The notes under the pieces: model-generated
Database searches by the model: none
Seen by the model: only the letters and a program-made list of their open reading frames with translations
What the model was told of the DNA's origin: nothing
Translations under genes and position numbers: made by a program
Origin: a virus
Strand: one strand, 5' to 3'
Virus record (IMG/VR): IMGVR_UViG_3300033048_000096
Length of the DNA stretch: 64,000 nt
In this document: piece after piece, positions 39,049 to 48,680 of the stretch
Layout: every line of letters starts with the position of its first letter
Position numbering within the stretch: the first letter of the stretch is position 1

Positions 39049-39741
39049 TTACAGCAAAAGGAATTCTAATGTTGAGTTAATTGCGGATGGAGGTCCCGTA
39101 ACGATAGCTACTCCTGGGTGATTAGCGGTAGGCTGTTTTGACGTAAGCTTACCACCTAGGCTGACATATAGTGTTACATTAAGTGCGTATGATTGATTCG
39201 CCTCGAACTGGTCTGTCGCATAGAAGCCACGTCCGTAGAATACAGTTACGCGACCACTCCCGGCTGTCGAATCATCCCCTGGCATATTAGGGATTCTGTA
39301 ACTATAATTCACTACAACCTTGAATGAATCAAGATCTCCATCTTCATTAGCATCATAATTCAGTTCAGTTCCTGCGGGTATTATTATAGCTCCATTGGAT
39401 GAGTTAAGCACCACGGGAATTGTTGAAGTGAAGCTACTTTCTATTATGCTTGGATTATTTAAGAATCCGATTTCGTCTCTTGAGTTAACTATTCTTCCAT
39501 TGGAGTCTAGCTCTGTATCAATAACGGGGACTTCAACTATTTCATCAATCTGTGTCGTAGTGAATGCACTTGTTCTGACGTCATCTATTACGCCTAGCGG
39601 AGCAGTTCCGTCACTTACACCACAGACGATATCATTACCGATGACCTTCAATTGAGCGAACATACCTGGCTCAAATTCTGCGGTTGGGTCTAGCGGCCAA
39701 CTTCCCGGCAACCCATTTCCTACGTGAACTATTCTTAACAT
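39049..39741 (-). CDS. Second capsid decoration-like protein
   Basis: EFEPGMFAQL...SDGTAPLGVIDD...DDSTAGSGRVTV...YATDQFE..Y..N..LYVS..GKLT; GGAG RBS. Confidence 0.6.
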   Translation of the reverse strand: MLRIVHVGNGLPGSWPLDPTAEFEPGMFAQLKVIGNDIVCGVSDGTAPLGVIDDVRTSAFTTTQIDEIVEVPVIDTELDSNGRIVNSRDEIGFLNNPSIIESSFTSTIPVVLNSSNGAIIIPAGTELNYDANEDGDLDSFKVVVNYSYRIPNMPGDDSTAGSGRVTVFYGRGFYATDQFEANQSYALNVTLYVSLGGKLTSKQPTANHPGVAIVTGPPSAINSTLEFLLL

Positions 39742-39759
39742 ATAATCTCCATATTAGAC

Positions 39760-39789
39760 AAAAAGGAGGAATCTTTACGATCCCTCCTT
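39760..39789 (-). terminator. Rho-independent terminator
   Basis: Minus strand AAGGAGGGATC-GTAAA-GATTCCTCCTTTTT. Confidence 0.7.
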
Positions 39790-39823
39790 ATATTATACTT
39801 ATTTTAGCAAATTAATGCTTTAA

Positions 39824-40414
39824 TTATCCTTGCTTTTTGATATTTTGTATTGTGGTAGTGACTACGTCTCCCGTCATCCTATCACCTTTACTATAAGCAT
39901 CAGCAGCCATTTTTTGAAGTCCTGAGACAACTCTTAATTTATTAGCAGCTTTTTTGAGGGCATTATTTTTTATGTTTTTAGCTGTAGACAATATCATATC
40001 AGCCGCGAAATTTTTATCTTTAGCTCTCATTTCTCCTGCGATCTTTCCAAGTTCATGCAAAACATACTGTGCTCTTCTATCTACCAAGTATGACGTATCA
40101 TTAGCCATTGATTCAGGCCTTTCTTGTTCGCAGCCATCTTCAGCCATATGCTCCTTGTTGCACTTGCCGCAAGGTCCATCACTAGCATAAGAAGATACTT
40201 CTTTGATTTTCCTATCAAGTTGATCGCCATGAACATCCACCTCTTCGGCAGGGCTAACTAGAAAGTCCTCTGGACTTACTTGAGCAAGCTTTGAAGCGAG
40301 TTCCTCTTCTTTTTTCCTAACAAGAGATGCTTCCTTCTTAATGTTATTAAGTTTAGACATACTCTGATGGAAGCTTTTCGCAAGCTCTTCTGCTGCATAT
40401 TTATTTCCAAACAT
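39824..40414 (-). CDS. Putative internal head protein with two helical-hairpin motifs
   Basis: AAGGAG RBS; two copies of the shared L..MA..-G...A.. motif. Confidence 0.55.
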   Translation of the reverse strand: MFGNKYAAEELAKSFHQSMSKLNNIKKEASLVRKKEEELASKLAQVSPEDFLVSPAEEVDVHGDQLDRKIKEVSSYASDGPCGKCNKEHMAEDGCEQERPESMANDTSYLVDRRAQYVLHELGKIAGEMRAKDKNFAADMILSTAKNIKNNALKKAANKLRVVSGLQKMAADAYSKGDRMTGDVVTTTIQNIKKQG

Positions 40415-40424
40415 AGTATACTCC

Positions 40425-43400
40425 TTAATCCCACATCGAGGCTAGAGTCTTATGGTTAATGCCATCTCTATTCGTTGAGTTTTGTCCAGGCTCATCAGTT
40501 ACTCCAATATTAAGGCCGGTAACATCAGAGGCAATCTTTACTGACGTATGGCCAGTAAAGGATGCGACACTTCTCTTGAATGACTCAAAGGCTTTATCAT
40601 CAAAGTCCATCATATTATCGACTTGACGATTAAGTGCGGGTCGCGTACCTGCAAGCATACCTTTTCGTTGCATTTCCATAGCGACGTCATAAGCTCTACG
40701 AAGTCTTATCTTGTAAGCATCTCTTTCGTCTTCGGCCTTTTTGTAGAGGAAACTCTTATTTAGCTTTGACTGAACAGAACTTAGTTGATCAGCCGCGTCA
40801 CTTTCTTTGTCATGAAGGCTCTCTTCGTGCTTATCAACCTCTTCTTCGGCAACCTCCTCAACTTCCTCTCTCTCCTTAGCGCTAAGATCATCTTCTGCGG
40901 AATTTTGAAGTCTTCCATCATCAGCGGCATGCTGTTGAACGGATGTTACTGATTTTTCTGCGACTTGACGTGACGGAGTGCTTGGATAGCTGTCGTACTG
41001 GTTAGCGTCTTGGTTACCATGGGAAGGTGCTGGCTTATGCTCACCACCGGTCGGGTTTTTATTGGCTATATCTTCGGCCATATCAGTGGTTACTCCGGAT
41101 ACTTGAGCATTCTCCTTCATTCCGATGCCGTCATGAGCCTCATTCTCCCGAGCCTCATCACCCTCAACCTCTTTATCGTCAGCATACGCTTCGGAAGCCT
41201 CATCACCATTCTCAAGATCCATACCGTTAGCTCTAAGTCTAGCTTGAGCTTTCTTTAATAGTTCTTGACGACGCTGCTTTCTCAGCTTCATTGCGCTAGC
41301 GATTAACTCACTCTCTCCTGAAACCGGAGCTTTAGCGGGAGTCACAATTGCTGCCGATTCCGTATACTCGGATACCTTAACCATGGATGTCGAAATAGTG
41401 TTGGCCATGCTGACTAACGCTTTTGATTGACCTACGATCGTAGAGAAGTCACGAAGCGCTGCTCCAGAAAGACCCTTAAGATCGCGCCTCTGAGTAGAGG
41501 AAAGCTTTCCGTATCTTTCGTAGGTTTCGGCTATTAGCGCTAACTCATCCGCGGAATCTTTCGCTTCAGCCAGAACAATCTTTAGCTGACCAAAAATCGT
41601 GCTAGAAAGCTTCATACTTTCTTCTGGCATATCCGGCATATCAACACCTTCGCCAACATTAATGGTAACATCACCGTCGGAATCTCCAAGATCACCAAGT
41701 GCACTTCGGATTTGCTCGATCGTATCTTCCATCGCGAGTAATGAATCTTCAATTTCCGACTTGGGAGTGCCTTCGCTCTCAAGCTCTTCGCCTTCCACCG
41801 GAAGCTCTTCACCCATATCTAAGGGGGCCTCTTCCATTGGGGCGGGAGGAAGCTCTGCACCCAACTCCGCACCAGGCATTTCGGCGCCTAGGTCCTGAGC
41901 AGTTCTTGTTAGATTGTATCCAACAAATCCTATTCCATCTTCTCGGATAGCAGCAACTACTGCTTTCGCGTAGTCAGTGCTTTTTAAGAATTCCCAATTA
42001 GCCTCAAGATTTTTACCGAAAATGTTTTTAGCAGTAGTTGCAATAACTAACTTGCCACCAGAGTAAACTTCGAAGCCAGAAGCAGCCTTATTTATGCTTC
42101 CATCTAGAGCGCGCTTTTGCTTAAACTTGGTAGAAAGCGAGGGACCTTTATACTTAGATCTTTTTTGAAGTTGCTTTATAGCGTCATCTCCAGGAAACAT
42201 GCCCTTGTCACCGCCCATATTTCCGGTCTGCAGCATATGCTTGTCAGAATCCCAGTACTTATGATAATCTTCTGAGGTGAACGTAGAAGGCTCAACGGAA
42301 GGGGCCGCTCCACCGAAGTAGTAAGCTCGCTTTTCAGTAGCGACATTCTTATCTTCAGCTCTAAGTTGCTTCTCTTTTATCTCTTTATCACCGGGAACCA
42401 TCCCGTCGGGACCGCCAAGGTTAGTTGGGTTTGCATGCATTTGTTTATCATCCTGTTCGCGAATTTTCTTTTGTAAAGCACCCTCATCCTTGTAGGTACT
42501 CGGTTCTGATGCTGGAGCCGCTCCTCCCTGAGGATAGGCTAGACGGCGACGAAGCGCAGCCCTTTTACGTAATCTTGACTCATTCATAATGTCCTCCGTT
42601 ATGGAACTTAATTTAATTTTATCATTTATCTTCTCTTGTGAAAAAGCATAATTTTCAGGCCCTACACCGTCTCCCTTAAATGAATCAGGATTTGGCTCAC
42701 TAACACCTGCGACCAGACCGGAAGACCCGGTGCCAGTATAATCACTAACGTCACCATCATCTTTCATAGTAATGGTATCACCACCAGAAGCGTTTTCGCC
42801 ACTAGTAAATACTTCGCCGAGTGGATCCGAAAGATCATCACCAGCAATTAACTCGTCGCTAAAGAAGCTTCTGAATAACTCAGGAGCTTGCTCCATAGTC
42901 TTGCCGGTAGCTGAAGCGAAATCTGCCATAGCTTTAGCAAGTTCATTTCTGTCTTGAGCATTCTTTTTACTGGCAGATTTTGTGAATCCACCGGTAGACA
43001 AATATCCCTTAACAATTCTCTCTCTCTGCTCTAAAGAGCAGCTTCCCGCACTACAAACAGAATTAAGCAATAAATCTAAGTTATTAACCTCTTTGGCACT
43101 AAGCTTTTTGAGATCCAAATCTACTCCGTAAGAACTCAACTCTTCTTTGTGCTTATTAATCGAAGCGAAGCATCTCAACAAGATCGAGCCAGGTTCTGCC
43201 GGATGAACTACTAGGCTATATTCAATTGGACTCAGACCTACGTTAATCTCTCCCCAAGCTTGTCTCGTCATTATATGACTACAATATTCTTTAGGAGTAG
43301 TTGCCGGCTTTCCACATTCAGTACAAATTGATGTAGCTACCGCAGTTCCCATCGAACCATAGCGAACTACGCCAGTAGATACTTTTCTTGCTAAATCCGG

Positions 43401-43916
43401 ATAATTAACTTTATCCAAAGCGCAAAGCCCAACGACTTGCTTTAACCTCTCATCATAATGAGTGTCTAGAATTATTCCCCTTACACCATCTACAGTATCA
43501 GACTTGTGATCAACACATAGGGGTCTTCCAATCCAATCCCTTGCGGCCTTCTTTAACTCAGACTCAGGAAAAATATCTCCATTATTATTTTTATGAGCTT
43601 TTACGTTGCCGTGCCACTTCCACTTTTCATCAAAATATCCCCAAGCATTATCTTTACCAACTTTCTTTAGATTTCCCTCTCCGTCGATTAACGAAGACTC
43701 TGCAGCCTTTAGAAAGATAATGCTGAAGTATAGAAAGTCGTCAGATTTCGGAGCAATAGTCTTTATTGTTTGTGCAAACTTATTTAATCTATTTAATATA
43801 TCTTCGCTAGCTAATTTGGTGTCAAACTCTGATGGACTTATTTCGCTTACCACGCTCATCTCTGTATGTCCAAATTTAACAATTTGCTTACTAATCATAC
43901 TTGCCCTCGATTTCAA
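40425..43916 (-). CDS. Prohead maturation protease fused to scaffold-like region
   Basis: N.NGDIFPESEL...WIGRPLCVDH...RGIILD...GSMG...CTECG...CSH...EIN.GL..IEYSLV.HPAEP (His...Ser protease with Zn insertion), followed by about 850 aa of acidic and coiled-coil sequence. Confidence 0.75.
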   Translation of the reverse strand: MKSRASMISKQIVKFGHTEMSVVSEISPSEFDTKLASEDILNRLNKFAQTIKTIAPKSDDFLYFSIIFLKAAESSLIDGEGNLKKVGKDNAWGYFDEKWKWHGNVKAHKNNNGDIFPESELKKAARDWIGRPLCVDHKSDTVDGVRGIILDTHYDERLKQVVGLCALDKVNYPDLARKVSTGVVRYGSMGTAVATSICTECGKPATTPKEYCSHIMTRQAWGEINVGLSPIEYSLVVHPAEPGSILLRCFASINKHKEELSSYGVDLDLKKLSAKEVNNLDLLLNSVCSAGSCSLEQRERIVKGYLSTGGFTKSASKKNAQDRNELAKAMADFASATGKTMEQAPELFRSFFSDELIAGDDLSDPLGEVFTSGENASGGDTITMKDDGDVSDYTGTGSSGLVAGVSEPNPDSFKGDGVGPENYAFSQEKINDKIKLSSITEDIMNESRLRKRAALRRRLAYPQGGAAPASEPSTYKDEGALQKKIREQDDKQMHANPTNLGGPDGMVPGDKEIKEKQLRAEDKNVATEKRAYYFGGAAPSVEPSTFTSEDYHKYWDSDKHMLQTGNMGGDKGMFPGDDAIKQLQKRSKYKGPSLSTKFKQKRALDGSINKAASGFEVYSGGKLVIATTAKNIFGKNLEANWEFLKSTDYAKAVVAAIREDGIGFVGYNLTRTAQDLGAEMPGAELGAELPPAPMEEAPLDMGEELPVEGEELESEGTPKSEIEDSLLAMEDTIEQIRSALGDLGDSDGDVTINVGEGVDMPDMPEESMKLSSTIFGQLKIVLAEAKDSADELALIAETYERYGKLSSTQRRDLKGLSGAALRDFSTIVGQSKALVSMANTISTSMVKVSEYTESAAIVTPAKAPVSGESELIASAMKLRKQRRQELLKKAQARLRANGMDLENGDEASEAYADDKEVEGDEARENEAHDGIGMKENAQVSGVTTDMAEDIANKNPTGGEHKPAPSHGNQDANQYDSYPSTPSRQVAEKSVTSVQQHAADDGRLQNSAEDDLSAKEREEVEEVAEEEVDKHEESLHDKESDAADQLSSVQSKLNKSFLYKKAEDERDAYKIRLRRAYDVAMEMQRKGMLAGTRPALNRQVDNMMDFDDKAFESFKRSVASFTGHTSVKIASDVTGLNIGVTDEPGQNSTNRDGINHKTLASMWD

Positions 43917-43960
43917 GATTATACAATCTTATTAGTTGTTTTAAAATTTTGTGTAAAAAA

Positions 43961-45808
43961 TTAATCAGATAATATAAGTAATCCTAAAATATCTGAATTT
44001 ATATATTCCATGCCCCGATCTATCGAAGAGTGTAAGTCTTCAATAACTCTCTCGTACTCATCAACCTTTTCTGACAAGACCTTATGAAAGTCGCCTGACT
44101 CAATTTCATCAATAAGATCGAATATAGCTTCTATTGAATCCGAAGCTGTTTTGGCCGAATTAGCTAGCCCATCTATAATCTCTGATGTTGTTGAGATATC
44201 TTTAATTTCATTAAATATCTTTATGGCGTCACGTATCTTAATTAAATAATTTCTAACTATCCTCGTGTTACTCCTGACAGACTGGTTGTACTGACCCTTA
44301 CTTCTTGTTACCGCGCCCGAATCGGCTTTTATCTTATCATATTCCACTAGATTCTTTTTCATATTATCCAGGGATGTATCAGACAATTCTTTGGCCGCAT
44401 CTAATAACTTATATACTCTTTTCGCGCGGCTTTTTACAGAGTCCGGGACCGGAGTGCCTGCTCTTTTAAGAAGGCTCTTGTCACTAAATACTTTTATATC
44501 TACATTTCCGCACGCAATCTTTATGGCACCAACAACATCATAAGCGTCAGAATCTTTTGAAACTTTAATTACTTCCATATTAATCGGCTCCCCAAACTGA
44601 AGACTTAGTCTGGCGCAAACCATTGACTTTAGATATTCGGGATTAGGTGATCTTGTTACCACGATCACTCTTGAGTTAGATTTCGAGGCAGCTTTTCTGA
44701 CCTCATTAAATATCTTTGTTGCGTTGTTAATTATTTTTTTATCATTAAGGAAATATGAAAAACTCTTATTCAGGCTAGCTAGTATGGATTCATTACTTTC
44801 TATACCATTTGACATTATCTCATATAGATGAACATCTCTGTATATTTCATTGCCGTCCGATGTCTTATCTATAGATACGGCATGGCCATCTATTCTTATG
44901 AATGGAATATCTTCATCAGAACATTCTGAAGTCTTATATACTCTAACAGTAGGCGAATCCTCTATCATTCCGTCAAAATCAAATGCATATACACTTCTGT
45001 TATCAGAGTGTGTGAACTTACTTACCAGATCCGATATTAAGTGATCCTCGCTAGCTACTTTTTCAAACTTGTCATTTACCGACAATATGGGGTATCCCTT
45101 CCAGTTATGAAACCCCGGCCTAAAAGTATTTGAATACTGAACAATTATATCCCTCCTGATACCAAGTTTGCTTGATATTTTATTAAGAGCACTTACACTA
45201 GATAATTCAGAATCTTTTCCATGTGATATATCAACACTATGTCCGACGCTTATTCCTAGCCTATCAGAAAGGCCTCCAGCGATCTCTAATACATTTTTAA
45301 CATTAGCACAGCCAAATGTTCCTAAAGTTCCAGGCTTTATATCTTTATATATTTTTTTAATCTTATCGTCACCATCGATGAACACTATATCTATAGGGAA
45401 AGATACCGTCCCCATATGGTAAATGACGTCTTCAGGATTGTTATAAGGGAAAATTAACCCGGCCGTATCGGCTAACCCAGAATAAGGCTGGAGGCCCGAT
45501 ACCTTGTCTTTAAATGTATTAGCTATGTTGCATGCGAAGTTTGCCAATATACCTTCGTCATCCGACACCTCCACACTTGCTTTCTCGCTACCATTATCGT
45601 CAGCCAGAGAAACATCTTCGACGGGACTTATCATTCCGTTTTCGTACGTCACTGAACTGGCCTGATCATCTAATACAGACTTGTCAGGAACTAAACCGTC
45701 TGACGGTTGATGACTCTCTTCTATTCTGTCTTTGTAGCTTCCATCAGGAGAGCCTGAGCCCATCTCATGCTCAGTGCTACCGATCCACGGCCATGCGATT
45801 TTTTTCAT
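43961..45808 (-). CDS. DUF192 domain plus HAD-like domain plus coiled-coil protein
   Basis: GL..YSGL....GLIF......YHMGTVSFPIDIVFID...VLEI.GG....GI.VG; then YAFDFDGMI...VIVVTRS. Confidence 0.65.
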   Translation of the reverse strand: MKKIAWPWIGSTEHEMGSGSPDGSYKDRIEESHQPSDGLVPDKSVLDDQASSVTYENGMISPVEDVSLADDNGSEKASVEVSDDEGILANFACNIANTFKDKVSGLQPYSGLADTAGLIFPYNNPEDVIYHMGTVSFPIDIVFIDGDDKIKKIYKDIKPGTLGTFGCANVKNVLEIAGGLSDRLGISVGHSVDISHGKDSELSSVSALNKISSKLGIRRDIIVQYSNTFRPGFHNWKGYPILSVNDKFEKVASEDHLISDLVSKFTHSDNRSVYAFDFDGMIEDSPTVRVYKTSECSDEDIPFIRIDGHAVSIDKTSDGNEIYRDVHLYEIMSNGIESNESILASLNKSFSYFLNDKKIINNATKIFNEVRKAASKSNSRVIVVTRSPNPEYLKSMVCARLSLQFGEPINMEVIKVSKDSDAYDVVGAIKIACGNVDIKVFSDKSLLKRAGTPVPDSVKSRAKRVYKLLDAAKELSDTSLDNMKKNLVEYDKIKADSGAVTRSKGQYNQSVRSNTRIVRNYLIKIRDAIKIFNEIKDISTTSEIIDGLANSAKTASDSIEAIFDLIDEIESGDFHKVLSEKVDEYERVIEDLHSSIDRGMEYINSDILGLLILSD

Positions 45809-45809
45809 A

Positions 45810-46097
45810 TTATAACCCCTTATTAAGCTCGTCAATAACCGTTTTTATAAAATAAGGATCTCGACCATTTAAAATATTCTTAACCAAACTTATACTGGTC
45901 CCTATATAAGAGCCTCCGGGCTGATTCTTTGAGGACATATCGGGTATGTTTAATTCGAGAAATTTTCTTTTCAAATTAGGATAAGCACTTTGCTGAGAGT
46001 CAATCGACATTCTACCAATCATAACATCTATTATGTCACGTATTTGATTTGCTACAAATTTAGGATCATGTGGAAATCCACGAGCTTCTTTTTTCAT
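45810..46097 (-). CDS. Hypothetical head-module protein
   Basis: 95-aa ORF in a tightly packed operon. Confidence 0.55.
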   Translation of the reverse strand: MKKEARGFPHDPKFVANQIRDIIDVMIGRMSIDSQQSAYPNLKRKFLELNIPDMSSKNQPGGSYIGTSISLVKNILNGRDPYFIKTVIDELNKGL

Positions 46098-46101
46098 TTT
46101 A

Positions 46102-46626
46102 TTACTCGGAAAGATACTGATCAGCTCTTGTTAGAGTTTTCTTGTAGGCTGATTCTTTTGATTTATTTAAGTTACCATTTTTCATGTGCTCAAGGACCAA
46201 TGTTCTGCTATATATTTTCGCTAGCTTCTTCAAAACTTCATTCGTGTTAACTATCTCCGCATTATTAACTTTTATCATTAATTGATTAAACAAATCGGTA
46301 TAGTTGATCTTATTTGATTGGGCAAATTTATTAATTAAAAAATCAGCAAAACCTGCGAAAGCTTCCTCGCCAGAATTATCCATCTCGTCCCCTAGCGTAA
46401 CCAAAAGATCCATGATATTTTTATCTAATGTCATCTCACCACTATCAAACTCGTAAGTATCATAAATGTCCGGATCTGTATGATCGAAGTCCGAAGTCAT
46501 TTCTGTCAAACCAAATCCTCTACCTCCTGATTCCGTCGCGGTCTCTTTATCGACTAAATCAGTGGAAGGACCAGTTACCTGAGCCTCCTCTCCAGGCTTA
46601 GCTACACTATAAGAAGCTTTGTTCAC
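46102..46626 (-). CDS. Putative internal head protein
   Basis: Contains LLVTLGDEMDNSGEEAFAGFADFLINKFAQ; AGGAGG RBS. Confidence 0.55.
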   Translation of the reverse strand: MNKASYSVAKPGEEAQVTGPSTDLVDKETATESGGRGFGLTEMTSDFDHTDPDIYDTYEFDSGEMTLDKNIMDLLVTLGDEMDNSGEEAFAGFADFLINKFAQSNKINYTDLFNQLMIKVNNAEIVNTNEVLKKLAKIYSRTLVLEHMKNGNLNKSKESAYKKTLTRADQYLSE

Positions 46627-46826
46627 TCACTCCTCCTTACTTTACCAAACTCTTTGCTAGTCACTTGATCAGACAAAGAATAAAGTTTATAAGGTTTCTT
46701 GGGCTTGTAACCAGCGACAATCTCTTGTGCAGAAAATTCCTTACCAGAAGCGTCAATATATCTAGACTGAGTTCCTGACGCATTAGCGCTCTTTACAAAC
46801 TCTTTATCTTTATTATCTTTTGACAT
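46623..46826 (-). CDS. Hypothetical protein
   Basis: 67 aa; GAGG RBS. Confidence 0.5.
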   Translation of the reverse strand: MSKDNKDKEFVKSANASGTQSRYIDASGKEFSAQEIVAGYKPKKPYKLYSLSDQVTSKEFGKVRRSE

Positions 46827-46894
46827 ATATATACCTCTATCATTTAGATGTTAAATTACCAGATAGGAACCGCTCACTAGGGCCCTACAGGGGG

Positions 46895-48673
46895 TTAACC
46901 GGGTGGTCCGCCTTCCGGTAGTTCAGGAGGCATGTCACCGCCTAAGTCGCCCCCTCCTAAGCCTCCTGGACCTCCTGGGTCCATAGGCGGACCACTACCG
47001 CCTGACATTCCTGGAAGCTCTAAGCCCATGTCATCTCCGGATTCACTATCCATACCCGGTAATCCCCCTGAACCACTGTCAGGTGGTTCAGGTATTATTC
47101 CGTCAGCATCTAGATTCTCCAACTCTCTTAATCTCATTGATTGAAGTGACTCCAATTCCTTAGTTCTAATTACCTCATCAATAGCTTCTTCTCGTAGTCT
47201 ACGCTTTTCTTCTTCGTAACTCAAGTCTAAGCTTCTATATAACGTCTGCAATGAAACTTGCTTATTGGATACGAAATTACTTACTCCCTGAACGTAATCA
47301 TTCATGTCATATAAATTCATGTGATTGAAGTCAATCGTCGGAACTAATAATACTTTTTGACCATCTTTAAATTCGAAGAAATCTTGCATTTCGCATATTG
47401 GTGCAAATATTTTTTGCTCTAACCACTTCTTTATCATATTTCTAAATATATCATACCTCTGCCTGAGAACCTCTAAACCTATTGACGAACTGGCGTACGA
47501 AGCAGATTCCTGATCCATTAAGGCTTTTGGAACCATCAAGCCTGTGTAAAGATTGTTCATGATTAACTCTATATCAGAAGATATATCAAGCACACCTCCC
47601 GAATAACCAACCCTCTCTATGGTGACTCCATCATGAGTAACGATCTTGAAATCCTTGTCATACTGCGACTCTTCCAAAACGCTTCTCATTTCTTCTATGT
47701 CAGATTGAGTCGGCCTATAATCATTTCCGTTTCCTAATTTAACTAAAGTAAGGGGATTGATCATGCTGTCAGCTTGGGCAAACTTAGACTCTCTAAGCTT
47801 ATCATAAAGCATTAAATCTTTATATATAGATACAATTACAGAAGTTCCTCTAACGTCATACGGAGAACTCAATAATTTCAAGTGTGATACATTTATGTTA
47901 TCCAAAGGTATTGACTGACCTTTCTTTACGGCATCAATTATATGCCTGGGTAATCTTCTCTTAAGCTTTAGATCTGAAGGTGAATTAGAATTAACCAACC
48001 TACCTAGAGCGGCATCTGGCTTTAATGATATTATAGTCTGGTCACCTATTGCCGCTTTCTTAACATGAACAAAGTCTGGATTAAGAATTGTTATTCGTTT
48101 CCAGGAACCAGTTTCTTTATCTAACTCTGCGTAAGGAAACACCTCACCCATTTTCCAGAACTCCAACGAAGCTCCGTAAACGACTGAATACAGATCAAGC
48201 TCTTCTGCCATCTGAAGGAAATATTCTTGAACTTCTTTTACGGGATGACTTATATTTATTTTGCTTATCGGGAATGATGCATGCAAGTTTATAGCATTTC
48301 TTACGATCGGATGTGTATCGTAAAATATTCTGTTCCACGCATTCATCGTGACACGGTCTCTTGGGAGGTTTAAATTCGCTAACTGGAATAATGGAGAATA
48401 TACTTCCGGACCCATCATATCAGATAAACCCTTCGTTGTAGGTAACGTTGAAGCTCCGCCCATAGCTCTCTTCGTCATCAAACCCCTATAAGCCGAACTA
48501 TGAGATACAACCGAATGTCTGCTGCCACCAACTCGCTCTTCATCATTAACCCTTTCCGTTTCCGCATCTTGAATTTGGGCTCTTCTTAATCCTGATAACT
48601 TCTTGAAACCATCTTTGGATAACGAATCGCTAATATTACTGATGATTTTACTCTCTTTTCTTCTGTTTTTCAC
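46895..48673 (-). CDS. Portal protein
   Basis: Directly after TerL; PIVRNAINLH..FP, GEVFPY, ILNPDFV, H.K.....YDVRGTS.I; Gly/Pro/acidic C-terminal tail. Confidence 0.85.
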   Translation of the reverse strand: MKNRRKESKIISNISDSLSKDGFKKLSGLRRAQIQDAETERVNDEERVGGSRHSVVSHSSAYRGLMTKRAMGGASTLPTTKGLSDMMGPEVYSPLFQLANLNLPRDRVTMNAWNRIFYDTHPIVRNAINLHASFPISKINISHPVKEVQEYFLQMAEELDLYSVVYGASLEFWKMGEVFPYAELDKETGSWKRITILNPDFVHVKKAAIGDQTIISLKPDAALGRLVNSNSPSDLKLKRRLPRHIIDAVKKGQSIPLDNINVSHLKLLSSPYDVRGTSVIVSIYKDLMLYDKLRESKFAQADSMINPLTLVKLGNGNDYRPTQSDIEEMRSVLEESQYDKDFKIVTHDGVTIERVGYSGGVLDISSDIELIMNNLYTGLMVPKALMDQESASYASSSIGLEVLRQRYDIFRNMIKKWLEQKIFAPICEMQDFFEFKDGQKVLLVPTIDFNHMNLYDMNDYVQGVSNFVSNKQVSLQTLYRSLDLSYEEEKRRLREEAIDEVIRTKELESLQSMRLRELENLDADGIIPEPPDSGSGGLPGMDSESGDDMGLELPGMSGGSGPPMDPGGPGGLGGGDLGGDMPPELPEGGPPG

Positions 48674-48680
48674 TTTTGCC

